Source: Monocercomonoides exilis PA203 (taxonomy: Eukaryota > Protista > Preaxostyla). Taken from it: a stretch of 64,000 nucleotides of DNA. The DNA is taken from assembly GCA_001643675.2 (NCBI GenBank), contig LSRY02000004.1, forward strand, positions 1 to 64,000, written 5' to 3'. The notes under the pieces are model-generated. The model was not told the origin of the DNA, ran no database searches, and saw nothing but the letters and a program-made list of their open reading frames with translations. This document shows positions 59,057 to 64,000 of the stretch, piece after piece (the stretch's first letter is position 1; the number at the start of each line of letters is the position of its first letter). Position numbers and translations under genes: made by a program.

Positions 59057-62000
59057 TTAGAAAAGCTGGATGTAATTTGCAGGGACATAGCCGCTTTCTC
59101 CTGTTGAGCGTGTGCAGAACACCCAATCTTCAGTTCTGCCTCCGCTGACTGTGACATACTCGTTTGCAGTCACAGACACCTCTGACTCAGACTCAGCTGT
59201 GTATTCATACAACACCTGTTTGTTGCAAAGCAGTATTTAATAATTAAACAATTAATGAATAATGAAAAAGGAGATGAAACAATTCAAACAAAAATATTAG
59301 AAACCTTTCCGATTTGCCCTTCTTCTTCTCCGTCAGTCGAAGAAATCATCTGATCGCTTCCGTCGACTGCAGAATCAACCTGCTCCTGCTGCCCTTGTGC
59401 AGCCAGCTGTGCTGCTTCTGGTTGCTGTTGCTGTTGCTGGACAGCCTGTGCTGTTGTATTAGAAGGCGCTAAAGAATTTGCTGGCTGTGTTGTTTGCTCA
59501 GAGACAATATTGACGCACGCAGAGTGCACTGCTGAGGATGTTTCATTCTGCTTTTTCAGTTCTTCACGTGCTTGCTCTACTGTCTCCAAATAGCTGATAG
59601 GCACAAATCCCACTTTGCCTTGCTGGTTCTTGCATGATGCCCATCCAGAGTCCTGGTCTTCCAGCAGCACTTCCACTGGCTCAAGGTATTTAACAGCCAG
59701 GTGTGTGTCCTCTTCCGCTTCAAAGTCATACAGTGCACGGCGATAGAGAGGTGTCTGCTCAGAAGGTGCAGAAGAAGAAGGAGCTGCAGCAGCAGTATTT
59801 GCGGCTGGTGTTGAAGCAGTTGACTGAACTGTAAGAGAAGATTGAGGCTGTGAAGGTGACGAAATGGCAGATGAAGAAGGAGATGGTGAAGAAGATATGA
59901 CTGCCACCGCTGTTGCAGGTGGGCTGAGAGAAGACGCCGAACTGGTTGCTGTCTGTGTCTTCTGCGGAGCCTGTACAGTTTTTGCTTTTTGCTCCTGCTG
60001 TCGCTCCTGAAGTGCTTGCAGCGCCTGCTCCTTCGTCTCCAAATAGTTCATTGGAACAAATCCTTCACTGCCTTGCTTGTTTCTGCAAGAAGACCAACCA
60101 GAAGCCTCGTCTTCCATCAGCACTTCAACCTCTTCGAGATATGCCACACTCAACTGAGTCGAGTCTTCTGCATCGAATTGATACAATGCCCTTCTATAAA
60201 GCACTGTTGGCTCCTCAACAGCTGTCGCTGGTGCAGTTGTTACCTGCGCATTTGGAGAAGCAGCAGCACTTGAAGGAAGAGCAGATGCAGAAGCAGCAGA
60301 AGGAGAAGGTGAGCCTTGTTGGAAGGCTGATGACTGAGAAGGTGTAATCGATGGTGGCCTCGATGCATTTGAATTCTGCTGCAGCTCAGCCAGTTTGCGT
60401 GCTTGTTCTGCTTTTGCCTGCTCAACTGTCTCGAGGTAGTTCGAAGGCACATAGCCTTCCTGCCCCTGTTTGTTGCGGCAGGACGCCCAGCCTGATTCAG
60501 CGTCTTCCAACAGAACTTCTACCTCTTCGAGATACGCCACACTCAGTTGAGATGCATCTGTCCCTGTAAACTCATACAACGCTCGACGATACAGAATTTG
60601 CGGCTGTTCGACTTGCGGCTGTGCACTTTGAGTCGGAATAGCCTGAGTCTGAAGGCGAGGCTGCTGAGAAGCTTGGTTCATGATCTGCTGTGTCTGCAAC
60701 TGTGCAGCCTTTGCCTTTGCAGCTGCCTCCTGCTTCAGCCTAATGAGCGCCTGGTCAGGTGACTCGAAGTACGTGCCAGGCACAAATCCTTCTTTTCCTG
60801 TGGCCAGATCACGCGACTGGACCCATCCGCTTTCCTTGTCGTCTATAAGCACCTCTACATCCTGATTTGCTGCGACAGTCAGCTCATTCTCGTTCGTTGC
60901 CACAAATTCATAAAGCACTCGGCGAATCGGATTTCCGCCTGCAGACAGCGGCAGCACGATTGCTGGCGATGGCGATGATCTCACCGCTGCAATGTTAGCT
61001 CCAGCTGCAAATCCAGACGGAGACGCAGACGAAGATCCAGACGGACTTCCTGCGACATCCTTCCCAAAAGCACGAGTGCAAAAGACAACTGCCTGGTGTG
61101 GCACAGGCTTCAGACCTGTTGCAGCTGCTCCAGCAAATGCACGCATGTCCTTTTCGACGTCCATGTGATTCCATATGTTTTGTGCTTGACTAACACTTTT
61201 ACGGCAGTTTTCCAAATACTAAGGAATGTTTTAAAGTGGAATTCATCAACAGAAAATTGTGATCGGATAAAAAAAAAGAAAAAGACGATTAATTTAAAAA
61301 CAATTTCATTTAAAAAAAATCTTGTCATGCAAACCTGATCCCAGTGTGAAAAGAAATCCTGCATTCTTTGTTTCATCGTAGTCAAACGTTCAAACTCTAA
61401 TTGCTCAAACTTCGCTAAAAGTTCAGTCATCTTTTTTTCGAACTCTTCCTCAATTCCATTGCATACTCTAACGGAGTCGACATAACTTGCTTCACATGCA
61501 CTCTTCTGTGAAAGTTGACTATTTTGTGCTTTCGAAAGCTTACAGAATTAATATCAAATTAAGCATTTTTGAAATTATATAATTTCTTGTGAACGAAAAA
61601 CAAACCTTTGCCAAAATTGGAGGTGGTGTGTTTGGATCAGCTTGTGCTTTACTGTAAGCAGCATCAGATTTATCCCATTCTGTAAATGCGCTTACATATT
61701 TCTCTCGTTTCTGTTAATTTGATTCAATAAGAGAAAAAAAATATTTTCATAAAAGAAGTGCAAACTCTTGTAACGTCATCGAGTGCAGATTGACGCTTTT
61801 TCTTAATAAAGTTATATTGATCTTCAATCCATTTAACTGTTTTTTCGTAGTCTAGAAGCTCGGCTTTTGTTTGGTCCATCATGCTTTTATCGTTTTTTGA
61901 AATATCAAGAGCGCCTCTTTCAATTTGTGCAACTGCTTCTTTACTTCCATTCCATGCGATGCTAATAGTACTGTTATTGAATAGGAAGAAAAACAATTGA

Positions 62001-62321
62001 AAAAAATAATTGGTTTTGCAATCAAATTTGATGTTAAACCCTTCTTCTGGCAGAACAAGAAATTTTCGTGATTTAATTTCCTCAAAAAATTTTGTTTGCG
62101 CCATGTAATTTTTAGTGAATCTCACTATCAGCTGTTCATAAGTCCTTTGTCAAATAACAATTATTATCGATGAAAATCTAAAATTATTAAATAATTATTA
62201 AAAACTTTATTGTATCTTTACTTCGCTGGATCACTGATGGAATGCCATCCCAAAGGGTTGTTGTAAAATCGATAGATGGATCATTTGCATATGGATGAGG
62301 AAAAGAAGCCTGTTGAGCCAT
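59057..62321 (-). CDS. F-BAR (FCH) domain protein with five SH3 domains, multi-exon
   Basis: N-terminus DFTTTLWDG, helical F-BAR end FEQLEFERLTTMKQ, four SH3 in ORF 59284-61215 (ALY.F...L.V...GW...G.VP..Y) and a fifth in the last exon (VLYEYTAESESEVSV...DW...GYVPANYIQLF*). Confidence 0.88.
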
Positions 62322-62946
62322 GGTTAAAGTTTATAATCTTAATTAATATGGGTGAATTTTCAATAATTGAAAGCGAATGTCCAGTTCAAATAATATATTT
62401 GTGAAATAAGAGAGAAAATTCACCATTTCAAGGCACTTATGTCAGAAACAAGAAATTTTTTTTATATCAAAACCAAAAAAAATTAATTAACAAAACGCAT
62501 AAGACTTCTATAAATAAATAAACATTAAATTCATTTGCTTTTCAAAAAATTAAAACTTGAATAATAACAAAAATAGTTATCAATTGTCCACATCTTTCCT
62601 CAGGAAGAAACTAATTGAATATTCTAGTAATAATCCATTGTTTCTTTTTATTTTGTCTTAACATTCACATGAAAAAAATTTTTTTTATTTTCAAAAATTT
62701 CTTCCAGTATAAATAATATTATCTATCAAAGTTCGGTTCATTATTATATACAGTCAACACTGTCGTGATGTACTCAGCAGACGCCAAAATATTTTCAAAA
62801 TAAAAGACAAATATAAAATTAATGATGCAAAATATTCAAAAATCCAAAAATCAAAAAATCCAAAAATAATATAAATTTTCAAACAAAATAAGGTCAATCA
62901 CAATAAATTTTCTTCTTCTAAGCAATGCACAAATCATAATCTTCAT

Positions 62947-63657
62947 TTACTGAAATTTAAATATGCAGCATCTCCCAGACGTCAATAACAACTCGTTGAT
63001 AGCAGAATCGCTTTCTTGACAAACTTCTTTCCGAACTGCCTCTTCTGCACAGCCTGCTTCAATGGACAGCCAATACGCTCTTCTGTTAATTCTGTTTCTT
63101 TCTTGGAGTTCTTGTTTCAGTTGAGCAATCGGGTCATTTGTGTTCAAAGAAGAATTTCCATCTGATTTGAGTTCTGAAGAAGAAGATTCAATTGGAGCTA
63201 TGCTTTTTTCATGTTCATCCTCTTCTTCTTCGCGGGCAGCACCACTTTGAGACAAAATGCTTTCTTTTGCTTCTTTGCCTTCAGACTCATCTTCTGTTGC
63301 ATCTTCTCCATCACTTTCTTCTCCTTCTCCTTCTTCTCCTTCTTCTTCTCCTTCTTCTTCTTCGCTGTCATCCATCATTTTCATGAAAGAGGTGTCGAGT
63401 GCATCTGAATCTGCCTCCTCTTCGCGAGACATTCCAACCAGCTGATGCATCAGCTCATCAAACTGCGCAGGCTCCAGCGCCATTTCTGGCTCTGCACTGC
63501 CACAGCTATTCTGGTGGAACTCCAATGGATTGGATAACGCTGCAAAAAGAAGATCTTCTTTGAGGAACTCCAATTTACCCAGTAACATCGGAGAAGCAAC
63601 TGTTTGTTGAGTGCTTGAAGAAGAGGAAGGCTGAGGCTGCTCTTCAACTTTTGATGG

Positions 63658-63689
<32 letters not shown>

Positions 63690-64000
63690 ATGATTGAGTA
63701 GCACTTTCATCTGCTATCTGCTCATCCAAAGAATGATCTTCTGAAACATCAACCCAGCTGCTGCGTGCTTCCCTCTCTGCTGCTCCGTCTTGGCTTTCCT
63801 GTCTGATGTCATCGTCTGTTTGGGCTGCTGAGGAAGTGCAGTTCAGCTTGAGAAGCATACACTTCACTTCTTCTGAAGCATTTTTCTGTGTGAGATTTTT
63901 CATTTTCATTGCTACATCGCTCAGATTGTCTTCGCCACGGCATTCCATTTCAAATGGCACACCAAAAAGAGCAAAACGTGGATTGTACAGCACAGAATAC
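62947..64000 (-). CDS. Partial hypothetical acidic/Ser-rich protein (5' part outside the window; 3' end uncertain)
   Basis: Open frame of at least 348 codons running off the window edge. A possible further small exon lies near 62720-62785. Confidence 0.65.

Overview
A eukaryotic chromosome end from an AT-rich, intron-containing, standard-code genome. Gene families and style point to an oxymonad protist such as Monocercomonoides (inference, not a database result). From the left: mixed CCCTAA/CCTAA telomeric repeats (1-122) are joined directly to the first 67 nt of an 18S rRNA gene. One complete rDNA intergenic spacer and the 3' ~1 kb of a 28S gene follow, all transcribed toward the telomere. 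After a decayed zone come a frameshifted coiled-coil gene, a hypothetical gene, a spliced 3x RanBP2 zinc-finger/RGG gene, a ~4100-aa single-pass surface protein with a cytoplasmic pseudokinase, and UTP14. The most striking structure is a 9.8-kb Merlin (IS1595/ISXO2-type) DNA transposon at 35812-45634, with an exact 8-bp TSD (CCTTTTTT) and near-identical 1,286-bp terminal inverted repeats that contain a captured intron-bearing host gene fragment. Its left TIR is interrupted by a second, 5.6-kb TIR element with no recognisable transposase (36012-41629, ATAT duplication), whose empty site is preserved in the right TIR. That nested element carries a surface-protein fragment, a 62-unit 9-bp microsatellite and a disabled gene. 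The right part holds an FLVCR-like MFS transporter, an F-box/RCC1-like gene, a large hypothetical gene, an amidohydrolase, an F-BAR + 5xSH3 gene and a partial acidic protein.
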